NCBI GenBank assembly: GCA_030390025.1
Contig: JASTWF010000337.1
Span: 1 to 64,000, forward strand
DNA length: 64,000 nt
DNA from: Squalus acanthias
Lineage: Eukaryota
Reading direction: 5' to 3'
The notes under the pieces are model-generated. The model worked only from the letters and a program-made list of their open reading frames with translations. It was not told the DNA's origin and ran no database searches. A program made the translations under genes and the position numbers. Shown here piece after piece: positions 42,625 through 53,543 of the stretch (positions within the stretch are counted from its first letter, which is position 1; the number at the start of each line of letters is the position of its first letter).

Positions 42625-45450
42625 CCGAGTTCTGTGGGATTAACCCCGAGAGTTCTGTGGGATTAACCCCGAGAGTTCTGTGGGATTAACCCCGAGAGTT
42701 CTGTGGGATTAACCCCGAGTGTTCTGTGGGATTAACCCCGAGAGTTCTGTGGGATTAACCACACGAGTTCTGTGGGATTAACCCCGAGTGTTCTGTGGGA
42801 TTAACCCCAAGTGTTCTGTGGGATTAACCCCGAGAGTTCTGTGGGATTAACCCCGAGAGTTCTGTGGGATTAACCCCGAGAGTTCTGTGGGATTAACCCC
42901 GAGTGTTCTGTGGGATTAACCCCGAGAGTTCTGTGGGATTAACCCCGAGTGTTCTGTGGGATTAACCCCGAGTGTTCTGTGGGATTAACCCCGAGAGTTC
43001 TGTGGGATTAACCCCGAGAGTTCTGTGGGATTAACCCCGAGTGTTCTGTGGGATTAACCCCGAGAGTTCTGTGGGATTAACCCCAAGTGTTCTGTGGGAT
43101 TAACCCCGAGAGTTCTGTGGGATTAACCCCGAGTGTTCTGTGGGATTAACCCCGAGAGTTCTGTGGGATTAACCCCGAGTGTTCTGTGGGATTAACCCCG
43201 AGAGTTCTGTGGGATTAACCCCGAGAGTTCTGTGGGATTAACCCCGAGAGTTCTGTGGGATTAACCCCGAGTGTTCTGTGGGATTAACCCCGCGTGTTCT
43301 GTGGGATTAACCCCAAGTGTTCTGTGGGATTAACCCCGAGAGTTCTGTGGGATTAACCCCGAGAGTTCTGTGGGATTAACCCCGAGAGTTCTGTGGGATT
43401 AACCCCGAGTGTTCTGTGGGATTAACCTCGAGTGTTCTGTGAGATTAACCCCGAGTGTTCTGTGGGATTAACCTCGAGTGTTCTGTGAGATTAACCACAC
43501 GAGTTCTGTGGGATTAGCCACATGAGTTCTGTGGGATTAAACCCGAGAGTTCTGTGGGATTAAACCCGAGAGTTCTGTGGGATTAAACCCGAGTGTTCTG
43601 TGGGATTAACCCCGAGTGTTCTGTGGGATTAACCTCGAGTGTTCTGTGGGATTAACCCCGAGTGTTCTGTGGGATTAACCTCGAGTGTTCTGTGAGATTA
43701 ACCCCGAGTGTTCTGTGGGATTAACCTCGAGTGTTCTGTGAGATTAACCCCGAGTGTTCTGTGGGATTAACCTCGAGTGTTCTGTGGGATTAACCCCGAG
43801 TGTTCTGTGGGATTAACCTCGAGTGTTCTGTGAGATTAACCCCGAGTGTTCTGTGGGATTAACCTCGAGTGTTCTGTGAGATTAACCACACGAGTTCTGT
43901 GGGATTAGCCACATGAGTTCTGTGGGATTAAACCCGAGAGTTCTGTGGGATTAACCCCGAGTGTTCTGTGGGATTAACCCCGAGTGTTCTGTGGGATTAA
44001 CCTCGAGTGTTCTGTGAGATTAACCCCGAGTGTTCTGTGGGATTAACCTCGAGTGTTCTGTGAGATTAACCACACGAGTTCTGTGGGATTAGCCACATGA
44101 GTTCTGTGGGATTAAACCCGAGAGTTCTGTGGGATTAAACCCGAGAGTTCTGTGGGATTAAACCCGAGTGTTCTGTGGGATTAACCCCGAGAGTTCTGTG
44201 GGATTAACCCCGAGTGTTCTGTGGGATTAACCCCGAGTGTTCTGTGGGATTAACCCCGAGTGTTCTGTGGGATTAACCCCGAGTGTTCTGTGGGATTAAC
44301 CCCGAGAGTTCTGTGGGATTAACCCCGAGTGTTCTTTGGGATTAACCCCGAGAGTTCTGTGGGATTAACCCCGAGTGTTCTGTGGGTTTACCCCGAGTGT
44401 TCTGTGGGATTAACCCCGAGTGTTCTGTGGGTTTACCCCGAGAGTTCTGTGGGATTAACCCCGAGAGTTCTGTGGGATTAACCCCGAGTGTTCTGTGCGA
44501 TTAACCCCGAGAGTTCTGTGGGATTAACCCCGAGAGTTCTGTGGGATTAACCCCGAGTGTTCTGTGGGATTAACCCCGAGAGTTCTGTGGGATTAACCCC
44601 GAGTGTTCTGTGGGATTAACCCCGAGTGTTCTGTGGGATTAACCCCGAGTGTTCTGTGGGATTAACCCCGAGAGTTCTGTGGGATTAACCCCGAGAGTTC
44701 TGTGGGATTAACCCCGAGAGTTCTGTGGGATTAACCCCGAGTGTTCTGTGGGATTAACCCCGAGAGTTCTGTGGGATTAACCCCGAGTGTTCTGTGGGAT
44801 TAACCCCGAGAGTTCTGTGGGATTAACCCCGAGTGTTCTGTGGGATTAACCCCGAGAGTTCTGTGGGATTAACCCCGAGTGTTCTGTGGGATTAACCCCC
44901 AGTGTTCTGTGGGATTAACCCCGAGAGTTCTGTGGGATTAACCCCGAGAGTTCTGTGGGATTAACCCCGAGAGTTCAGTGGGATTAACCCCGAGAGTTCT
45001 GTGGGATTAACCCCGAGAGTTCTGTGGGATTAACCCCGAGTGTTCTGTGGGATTAACCCCGAGTGTTCTGTGCGATTAACCCCGAGTGTTCTGTGGGATT
45101 AACCCCGAGAGTTCTGTGGGATTAACCCCGAGTGTTCTGTGGGATTAACCCCGAGAGTTCTGTGGGATTAACCCCGAGTGTTCTGTGGGATTAACCCCGA
45201 GAGTTCTGTGGGATTAACCCCGAGTGTTCTGTGGGATTAACCCCGAGTGTTCTGTGGGATTAACCCCGAGTGTTCTGTGGGATTAACCCCGAGAGTTCTG
45301 TGGGATTAACCCCGAGAGTTCTGTGGGATTAACCCCGAGTGTTCTGTGGGATTAACCCCGAGTGTTCTGTGGGATTAACCTCGAGTGTTCTGTGGAATTA
45401 ACCCCGAGTGTTCTGTGGAATTAACCCCGAGTGTTCTGTGGAATTAACCC
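42625..45450. repeat. 23-bp minisatellite GATTAACCCCGAGWGTTCTGTGG (about 120 copies)
   Basis: 23-nt periodicity is visible (GATTAAC at 42661, 42684...). Confidence 0.98.
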
Positions 45451-45597
45451 GTTACCTGTGCCTGGAGGCCTCAGACCCATCGCAAACCCCTGGGTGGACA
45501 GTTGATGGAAAGCCCCTTCTGGCCCTCGTGTTCCTTGGGGTCTTATTCCACAACTCGGTTACCCACTGGGACAAACATTCCAACATCTTATTGCTGT
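45450..45597. repeat. 148-bp direct repeat, copy 2
   Basis: Matches 42425-42572. Confidence 0.95.
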
Positions 45598-46204
45598 AGG
45601 GTTCTCAAAATTCCCACATTCCCCAGAGTTATTAATAAAGTGTACCCAAGACAAAGTGGCTTCTAGACCTCGTGGCAGAAGCCTGCGACATTGAACAGAA
45701 ACCAGGACCCTGCAAAAACAGCAGGCCAGGTGGCATGCCTGGGTCTGTAAGAGAGTTGCGAAATTCCCAGACCCCCAAAAGACTCAGAGGAAAAGAGAGA
45801 GACCCTAAGAAAAAGGGGCTTTGGACATTTTAAAACCAATTGAGTATATTGGATCAGGGACATTTTAAAACATTTTTAAACAGACCTCAGTACAGGCTGC
45901 CAAAGGAGGCGGGGCGGGGCTGGCCGCTACAAACAATGTTGTATATTACAGGTGATCGGCTTGTCTCCAGCCCCATCAAACTGTTTAGCATTTATACAAA
46001 GAAGTAAAGGCAACACAAATGAACAACCATCAGACCAGCAATCATCCTCCACTTAACAAATATTTAATATCATTAAAGGCCATCTCCTGCCATTAAAGTT
46101 AACTACCTTAACGAGCCCACCAGAATTAAACAAAGCACTGGGAAGATTTGGCGGGCAAATAAGGAACAATCGAACAGTATAACTTTAGACTGGAACAAGC
46201 TGGA

Positions 46205-47866
46205 GTGCTACAGAGACCTGTGCTGGAACAAGCAGGAGTTCTACACAGAGAGGCCCCAAGCAGGACAGCTGAAGCACAGGAGTTCTCCAGTACACAGTTC
46301 AACAGGGAGGAGCTGAGGGAAATCCTTATCAGTCAGGAAAAGGTGTTGGGGAAATTGATGGGACTGAAGGCTGATAAATCCCCAGGGCCTGATGGTCTGC
46401 ATCCCAGAGTACTTAAGGAGGTGGCCTTGGAAATAATGGATGCATTGACGATCATTTTCCAACATTCCTTAGACTCTGGATCAGTTCCGAATGAGTGGAG
46501 GGTGGCTAATGTAACCCCTCTTTTTAAAAAAGGAGGGAGGGAGAAAGCAGGGAATTATAGACCGGTCAGCCTGACATCGGTGGTGGGTAAAATGATGGAA
46601 TCAATTATTAAAGATGTCACAACAGACCATTTGGAAAGTGGCGACATGATAGGTCCAAGTCAGCATAGCTTTGTGAAAGGGAAATCATGCTTGACAAATC
46701 TTCTGGAATTTTTTGAGGATGTTTCCAATAGGGTGGATGGGGGGGAACCAGTAGATGTGGTGTATTTGGACTTTCAGAAGGCCTTCGACAAGGTCCCACA
46801 CAAGAGATTGGTGTGCAAAGTTAAAGCACATGGGATTGGGGGTAATGTGTTGACGTGGATTGAGAACTGGTTGGCACACAGGAAACAAAGAGTAGGAGTA
46901 AATGGGTACTTTTCAGAATGGCAGGCAGTGACCAGCGGGGTACCGCAGGGTTCGGTGCTGGGGCCCCAGCTGTTTACATTATATATTAATGATTTGGACG
47001 AAGGGATTAATTGTAATATCTCCAAATTTGCGGATGACACTAAATTGGGAGGCAGTGTGAACAATGAGGAGGATACTAGGAGGCTACAGAGTGACTTGGA
47101 CAGGTTGGGTGAATGGGCAAATGTATGGCAGATGAAGTACAATGTGGATAAATGTGAGGGTATCCACTTTGGTGGTAAAAATAGGGAGGCAGACTACTAC
47201 CTGAATGGTGGCAGATTAGGGAAAGGGGAGGTGCAACGAGACCTGGGCGTCATGGTACATCAGTCACTGAAGGTGGGAAGGCAAGTGCAGCAGGCAGTCA
47301 AGAAAGCAAATGGCATGATGGCCTTCATAGCAAGGGGATTTGAGTACAGGAGTAGGGAGGTGATGCTACAGTTGTACAGGGCCTTGGTGAGGCCACACCT
47401 GGAGTATTGTGTGCAGTTTTGGTGTCCTAACTTGAGGAAGGACATTCTTGCTATTGAGGGAGTGCAACAAAGGTTCACTAGATTGATGCCTGGGATGGCC
47501 AGACTGACATATCAAGAAAGACTGGATCAACTGTACTTGTATCCTCTGGAGTTCAGAAGAATGAGGGGGGATCTTATAGAGACGTTTAAAATCCTGACTG
47601 GTTTAGACAAATTAGATGCGGGCAGAATGTTTCCAATGTTAGGAAAAACTAAAACCAGGGGTCACAGTCTAAGGATAAAGGGGAAGCCATTTAAGACTGA
47701 GATGAGGAGGAACTTCTTCACTCAGAGAGTGGTGAATCTGTGGAATTCTCTACCACAGAAGGTTGTTGAGGCCAGTTCGCTAAATATATTCAAAAGGGAG
47801 TTAGATATAATACTCACAACTAGGGGGATCAAGGGGTATGGCGAGAAAGCAGGAATGGGGTACTGA
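46205..47866 (+). CDS. Open CR1 reverse transcriptase ORF lacking the endonuclease; first ~33 codons come from the LTR, first ATG at 46358
   Basis: 553-codon ORF with DFQKAFDKVPH, SGVPQGSVLGP, KFADDTK and the C-terminal HLEYC/FFTQRVVNLWNSLP. No evidence of expression. Confidence 0.6.
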   Translation: MLQRPVLEQAGVLHREAPSRTAEAQEFSSTQFNREELREILISQEKVLGKLMGLKADKSPGPDGLHPRVLKEVALEIMDALTIIFQHSLDSGSVPNEWRVANVTPLFKKGGREKAGNYRPVSLTSVVGKMMESIIKDVTTDHLESGDMIGPSQHSFVKGKSCLTNLLEFFEDVSNRVDGGEPVDVVYLDFQKAFDKVPHKRLVCKVKAHGIGGNVLTWIENWLAHRKQRVGVNGYFSEWQAVTSGVPQGSVLGPQLFTLYINDLDEGINCNISKFADDTKLGGSVNNEEDTRRLQSDLDRLGEWANVWQMKYNVDKCEGIHFGGKNREADYYLNGGRLGKGEVQRDLGVMVHQSLKVGRQVQQAVKKANGMMAFIARGFEYRSREVMLQLYRALVRPHLEYCVQFWCPNLRKDILAIEGVQQRFTRLMPGMARLTYQERLDQLYLYPLEFRRMRGDLIETFKILTGLDKLDAGRMFPMLGKTKTRGHSLRIKGKPFKTEMRRNFFTQRVVNLWNSLPQKVVEASSLNIFKRELDIILTTRGIKGYGEKAGMGY

Positions 47867-47963
47867 GGTAGCATGTTCAGCCATGACGCATTAAATGGCA
47901 GTGCAGGCTCGAAGGACCGAATGGTCTACTCCTGCACCTATTTTCTATGTTTCTATGTTTCTA
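46304..47963 (+). mobile_element. Young 5'-truncated CR1 LINE
   Basis: Uninterrupted RT coding region and (TTTCTATG)n tail. GTTCAACA occurs near both junctions (possible TSD). Near-identical to 58716-60802. Confidence 0.95.
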
Positions 47964-49594
47964 AGACCGTTCAACAAAGAAGGCCAGCAGCTCCAGAAAC
48001 AGACCGACACGTAAGAAACCAGAGCAACGGTTCCAGTGACAATCAAACACCTCAAGGCACAAGGGCCTTATGAAACTTTTTACTTAAAAGGACTTTAAAC
48101 CATATCTCAACTGTCAAAGGATTCGTTTGGTGAGCATTATCCCTGGTCCTCAAGAGTCTAACTTAACTAGTAAAGTGGGGTTGGGAGGGGTGAGGTATTG
48201 TTCTACTGTCATTTCCCTCGTTTATACCGAAGTTAAGATTGACATGTTATGTTTCATCTCTGTTAAATAAACATTGGTTTTCCTCGCACCAATCCACGGG
48301 TCTGTTCGTTTGTCCTTATCGCCGCTCGATAAGTCCTGGGCTCAGAACTAATAAGGGGATAGCGATTCGCAACCGCACAGCGGGCAGAACAGTCCAGGAA
48401 AACATAACTGGCTGACCTACAAATAAGCCCGAGACAAAAACCCCTTACATTGCGGAACCAATATCCTCATGGGAGGGTTTGCTAGTGCTGTTGGGGAGGG
48501 TTTAAACTAGCTTGGCAGGGGGATGGGAACCTAAGTATAGAGTCAATAGGGAGGGAAGTAAAACTGGAATTGGAAAACAAAAACGTAGAAAGTAAATTGG
48601 AAGGACAGAGGAATAAAGGGCTAGATAGTAGTCAACAAGGAGGTTTGCCTGTACTAAATGGTATATACTTCAATGCAAGGAGTATAGCGAACAAGGCAGA
48701 TGAGCTGAGGGCACAGGTAGACACTTGGGACTATGATATTACAGCTATTACAGAGACGTGGCTGAAAGAGGGGCAGGTATGGCAGCTCAACATTCCTGGT
48801 TACAGGATTTTCAGACGGGATAGAGAGGGAGGTAAAAAGGGAGGGGGGGTCGCGGTATTGATTAAAGAAACTATTACAGCTGTGAGGAGGGATGATATGT
48901 TGGAGGGATCATCAAACGAGGCCATATGGGTCGAATTGAAAAACAAAAAAGGGGCAATCACACTGCTGGGAGTGTACTACAGACCCCCAAACTGTGAGAG
49001 GGAGATAGAAGAACAAATATGTAGACAAATTTCTGAGAAATGCAAAAACTATAGGGCAGTAATAGTAGGGGATTTCAACTACCCCAATATTAACTGGGAT
49101 AAAATTAGTGTGAAAGGTATAGAGGGTGCGGAATTCCTAAAATGCATCCAGGAGAACTTTTTTAGCCAGTATGTAGCAAGCCCAACAAGGGAGGGGGCGG
49201 TTCTGGACTTAGTTTTAGGGAATGAAGCTGGGCAGGTAGAAGGCATATCAGTGGGGGAGCATTTTGGTGCTAGTGACCATAATTCTGTTAGATTTAAGGT
49301 AGTTATGGAAAAGGACAAGGATAGACCAGGAATAAAAATTCTAAATTGGGGAAAAGCAAATTTTGCTAAACTCAGAGGGGATTTAGCCATAGTGGACTGG
49401 AAACAGCTACTTGAAGGTAAATCAGTGTCAGAGCAGTGGGAGGCATTCAAGGAGGAGATCCGGAGGGTTCAGACCAAATATGTGCCCTTAAAGAAAAAAG
49501 GTGGGACTAACAAATCTAGAGCCCCCTGGATGTCCAGAGACAAAATTGAGAGGTCGCACAACACCAGGTTATAGTCCAACAGTTTTATTTGAAA

Positions 49595-49637
49595 TCACAA
49601 GCTTTCGGAGCTATCGATTTGCTCCTTCCTCAGGTGA
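49595..49637 (-). ncRNA. Minimal type I hammerhead ribozyme motif (inverted copy)
   Basis: Reverse complement of 50328-50370. Confidence 0.72.
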
Positions 49638-50327
49638 AGTAAATTAGATACAGAATCTCCAAAGCATATATAGATGGAAAACAAAGCATGTGTACTTTAC
49701 AATTGCAGACCAATAAATTAAATCATCCTGACTATCTGCCGAGGTGTGATAAAGTTAATTAAGTCAGCCAGGAAGGTACCACATCAAAGACATAGCAAGA
49801 TACAACTGAGACAATGAGGTGTAGTCGCAGGGGTTCCAATGTGTCAAAAGCTGCCGTCTGTATGTAAAACGAAAAGCTTTAACATTTTTTTACTTTTTTA
49901 CTGGGAAAATTTTTACTTTTTTACTGGGAATCACATCTGTGAACAAGCTAACGACGACTCGGGATCTTGGGTTTATGTCACGATACATGACGTGATCCGG
50001 ACTCGAGTCGTCGTTAGCTTGTTCACAGATGTGATTCCCAGTAAAAAAGTAAAAATTTTCCCAGTAAAAAAGTAAAAAAATGTTAAAGCTTTTCGTTTTA
50101 CATACAGACGGCAGCTTTTGACACGTTGGAACCCCTGCGACTACATCTCATTGTCTCAGTTGTATCTTGCTATGTCTTTGATGTGGTACCTTCCTGGCTG
50201 ACTTAATTAACTTTATCACACCTCGGCAGATAGTCAGGATGATTTAATTTATTGGTCTGCAATTGTAAAGTACACATGCTTTGTTTTCCATCTATATATG
50301 CTTTGGAGATTCTGTATCTAATTTACT

Positions 50328-50370
50328 TCACCTGAGGAAGGAGCAAATCGATAGCTCCGAAAGCTTGTGA
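50328..50370 (+). ncRNA. Minimal type I hammerhead ribozyme motif (Penelope-type)
   Basis: TCAC-CTGAGGA-A-GGAGC(loop)GCTCC-GAAA-GCTT-GTGA: CUGANGA and GAAA cores, stem II GGAGC/GCTCC, stem I TCAC/GTGA and palindromic AAGCTT in place of stem III. Confidence 0.72.
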
Positions 50371-50537
50371 TTTCAAATAAAACTGTTGGACTATAACCTG
50401 GTGTTGTGCGACCTCTCAATTTTGTCCACCCCAGTCCAACACCGGCATCTCCGCATCATGTCTAGAGACATACAGGGTAGGATAAAGAAAAAAAGGGAGG
50501 TGTATGACAGATACCGAGGGCTAAATACTGCAGAATC

Positions 50538-51782
50538 TGTGTTTGAGTGTGTGTGTGTGAGAGTTTGAGTGTGTGTGTGTTTGAATGTGTGTGTGAGTTT
50601 GAGTGTGTGTTTGAGTGTGTGTGTGCGTGTGAGTTTGAGTGTTTGTTTGAGTGTGTGTGCGTGAGTTTGAGTGTTTGTTTGAGTGTGTGTTTGAGTGTGT
50701 GTTTGAGTGTGTGTGCGTGTTTGAGTGTGTGTGTGTGAGTTTGAGTGTGTGTTTGAGTGTGTGTGCGTGTGAGTTTGAGTGTTTGTTTGAGTGTGTGTGC
50801 GTGAGTTTGAGTGAGTGTTTGAGTGTGTGTTTGAGTGTGTGTTTGAGTGTGTGTGCGTGTTTGAGTGTGTGTGTGAGTTTGAGAGTGTGTGTGTGAGTTT
50901 GAGTGTGTGTGTGTGAGTTTGAGTGTTTGTTTGAGTGTGTGTGCGTGAGTTTGAGTGTGTGTTTGAGTGTGTGTGCGTGTGAATTTGAGTGTTTGTTTGA
51001 GTGTGTGTTTGAGTGTGTGTTTGAGTGTGTGTGCGTGTTTGAGTGTGTGTGTGTGAGTTTGAGTGTGTGTTTGAGTGTGTGTGCGTGTGAGTTTGAGTGT
51101 TTGTTTGAGTGTGTGTTTGAGTGTGTGTGCGTGTTTGAGTGTGTGTGTGTGTGAGTTTGAGTGTTTGTTTGAGTGTGTGTTTGAGTGTGTGTGCGTGTTT
51201 GAGTGTGTGTGTGTGAGTTTGAGTGTGTGTTTGAGTGTGTGTGCGTGTGAGTTTGAGTGTTTGTTTGAGTGTGTGTTTGAGTGTGTGTGCGTGTTTGAGT
51301 GTGTGTGCGTGTGAGTTTGAGTGTTTGTTTGAGTGTGTGTTTGAGTGTGTGTGCGTGTTTGAGTGTGTGTGTGTGTGAGTTTGAGTGTGTGTTTGAGTGT
51401 GTGTGCGTGAGTTTGAGTGTGTGTTTGAGTGTGTGTGCGTGTGAGTTTGAGTGTTTGTTTGAGTGTGTGTTTGAGTGTGTGTGCGTGTTTGAGTGTGTGT
51501 GTGTGTGAGTTTGAGTGTGTGTTTGAGTGTGTGTGCGTGTTTGAGTGTGTGTGTGTGAGTTTGAGAGTGTGTGTGTGTGAGTTTGAGTGTGTGTTTGAGT
51601 GTGTGTGCGTATTTGAGTGTGTGTGTGTGAGTTTGAGAGTGTGTGTGTGTGAGTTTGAGTGTGTGTTTGAGTGTGTGTGCGTATTTGAGTGTGTGTGTGT
51701 GAGTTTGAGAGTGTGTGTGTGTGAGTTTGAGTGTGTGTGTGTAAGTTTGAGTGTGTGTTTGAGCATGTGTGTGTGTGAGTTT
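50538..51782. repeat. Compound (GT)n/TTTGA microsatellite
   Basis: Directly visible. Confidence 0.97.
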
Positions 51783-51784
51783 GC

Positions 51785-52740
51785 GTGAGGACAGGAGGAG
51801 GGCCACCTTCAATTGCCCATTTGACCAACGCTGAGGAGGCTGTACTCAAAATCATCGGAGGTGCTAAGGATCTGGAAGTGAGGGACGGTCAGACGGGCGC
51901 CGCAGAGCAAGCTGGTGACAGAATAGATTTGCATCTCTCTCATTGACATTGCATGAGTGACTGATATGGCATCTGATGCTCATACAGATTGAGTTATGAT
52001 CATCTGTACAATTCCATGTGCATGCTACGTTAATATCACGTGTCTAACTCATGCCTTTACTCCCCCATAGGACCATCGACAGCCCCCCTCCCCACTGTCC
52101 AGGAGGAAGAGCAGGAAGACTCCTCAGAGGAAGCTGCAACCTCTGAGGGCGCAGCGTCAGCAGAATTAAGCGCACCCAGCACCAGCGCAGACCTCGGTGG
52201 GACCTTCGGGAGATAGAGTAGTGTTGTGACCTGGTGTATCACAGCTCACAAGTGAGCATCAGCAGATGGTGGAGACAGGGACAGCAGTGCTCAGCTGCAT
52301 GTCGACCCTGTGCCTCCGGGTCCATCCAGAAGGAGAGCGATGATTGAACTCCAGGAACAGGTGCAGGAGTCTCTGGCAGATTTTGTCTCCAGGGTCACTG
52401 CGAGTGTGGAGAGGATGGAGGAGTCCATGTCTAACATGAGCATTGCCTTTGTGGAGGCATTGGCGCATGAATGCATCACCATGGAAAGGATGGCAACCTC
52501 CGTGGAAAGGCTGGCTATGGTCATGGAGGAAATAAGTCGCCAGAGTCAGGAAAACATGGTGAATATTCGGAATAGACTGACATCTCTGGAGGAGCGATGG
52601 GCAGCTATTAAGCAGGGAGACCAGAGCTTCATGGAAGTCCTTTTGAGGAGGACTGCCAGTGCAGATACGGCTCCTTATGACCCCCCTGATGTGCAGCAAG
52701 GTGCTGTCCAGCCACTTGCTGGCACTGAAGTGGGGCTGAC
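51785..52740 (+). pseudogene. Harbinger-associated Myb/SANT-like protein gene remnant, 5' part (two exons)
   Basis: 51785-51914 reads VRTGGGPPSIAHLTNAEEAVLKIIG. GT at 51915, CTAAC branch point and AG at 52070. An acidic low-complexity segment and a coiled coil follow (ORF 52310-52753). Confidence 0.65.
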
Positions 52741-53366
52741 TGTAGAAATATGAACTGGTGAATTGTGCCTTTAGAAAATGGTCGAGGACTTGCAAAAACT
52801 GCAGCCAGTGAGATCTCAAATAAACAAAACCTTGAAGCTGGGGGCCGAGGGCTGCTCAAATAACATAGTTAACAGGCCTGCAAAAGATGACAAGCTTGCA
52901 GGATGATCGAGTCTACGACAATAATTAACTCAAGATAAGGGTGACAATCTAGTCTAACGGTTGAGCAGTCGCAAACCACATAATAAGGGACCTCTGGAAT
53001 TCCCTAACCGACCAAGGATACCGATTGGCTAAGGATGGACACATCTCAGACAAAATGGCCGAATCTGCACACGGCACGCCTTGACCATTCTGTTGTGATG
53101 ATCACAGAAGCTGTGAGCTAACTGTCAACTGATCAACTTTCAAACGGGTAATATTGTTTTAAGCTAGCACACATGGGGAGTGAGCCCTGTGTCATTTTCC
53201 TTGTAAGTTATTCAAACAACTTGTTAACCAATAAAGTACTAAATGTATGCAACTTACTGAGTGTGACCGACATTTGACACTCTGAACTAAGAACCATAAC
53301 TGTTGAACTGTTGTTGAGCTGACTACTTATTACTAGCTCAATAGATACAGTGAATTTAGGACAACA
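52741..53366 (+). repeat. 5' LTR (626 bp; lacks about 203 bp present in the 3' LTR)
   Basis: TGTAGAAATATG...GGACAACA; AATAAA at 53230; direct repeat of 62569-63389. Confidence 0.95.
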
Positions 53367-53369
53367 AAC

Positions 53370-53387
53370 TGGCGACTCTGGCGGGAC
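53370..53387 (+). promoter_or_regulatory. Primer binding site, probably tRNA-Arg(UCU)
   Basis: TGGCGACTCTGGCGGGAC lies 3 nt after the LTR. It is complementary (17/18) to the 3' end ...GTCCCACCAGAGTCGCCA of vertebrate tRNA-Arg-TCT as recalled from memory. Confidence 0.78.
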
Positions 53388-53543
53388 TTTTGACTTGAGA
53401 TGTGGGACTTTTCAAGAAGGATAAATTAAAAGTGTCAAACGGAACGAGTTGGAATCTTAAAAATAAGATGCTACGTTACGGGATAACAATGGCGAGTAAT
53501 AAAGGGGCGACCTCCCAGAGTTGCGAAGAACAGTATAATAAAT

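Larger units (their letters stand above)
45595..48449 (+). mobile_element. Probable solo LTR (about 1.2 kb net) containing a CR1 insertion
   Basis: Ends are TGTAGGGTT and AAACCCCTTACA (TG..CA, imperfect inverted termini). TTGC is present on both flanks (45591-45594, 48450-48453). GC boxes near 45908, TATAA at 46178, AATAAA at 48266. Confidence 0.65.
49539..50457. mobile_element. Penelope-like element terminal repeat in inverted (palindromic) configuration
   Basis: Arms 49539-49961 and 50004-50426 are near-perfect reverse complements. The central region encodes RDLGFMSRY, like the GIY-YIG ORF end of Penelope elements. ATGTCYAGAGACA is duplicated at both junctions. Confidence 0.85.
48454..50537 (+). 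mobile_element. CR1 fragment (ORF1 end plus APE endonuclease), interrupted by a Penelope-like insertion
   Basis: GTNILMGRFASAVGEGLN*, then ORF 48570-49574 (FNARSIANK, ITETWL, GVYYRPP, GDFN, SDH). The sequence resumes after 50458 (MSRDIQGRIKKK). Confidence 0.9.

Noticed and set aside
42299..42643. 114-aa ORF or exon-like unit in the duplicated segment
   Set aside because: No recognisable domain. The minus strand (QWVTELWNKTP) looks more like a decayed LINE tail.
50391..51855. 430-470 aa His/Thr-rich ORFs
   Set aside because: They are translations of the (CA)n-type microsatellite, open in all three frames.
53402..53543. gag N-terminus
   Set aside because: The position fits, but the fragment is too short and has no diagnostic motif.
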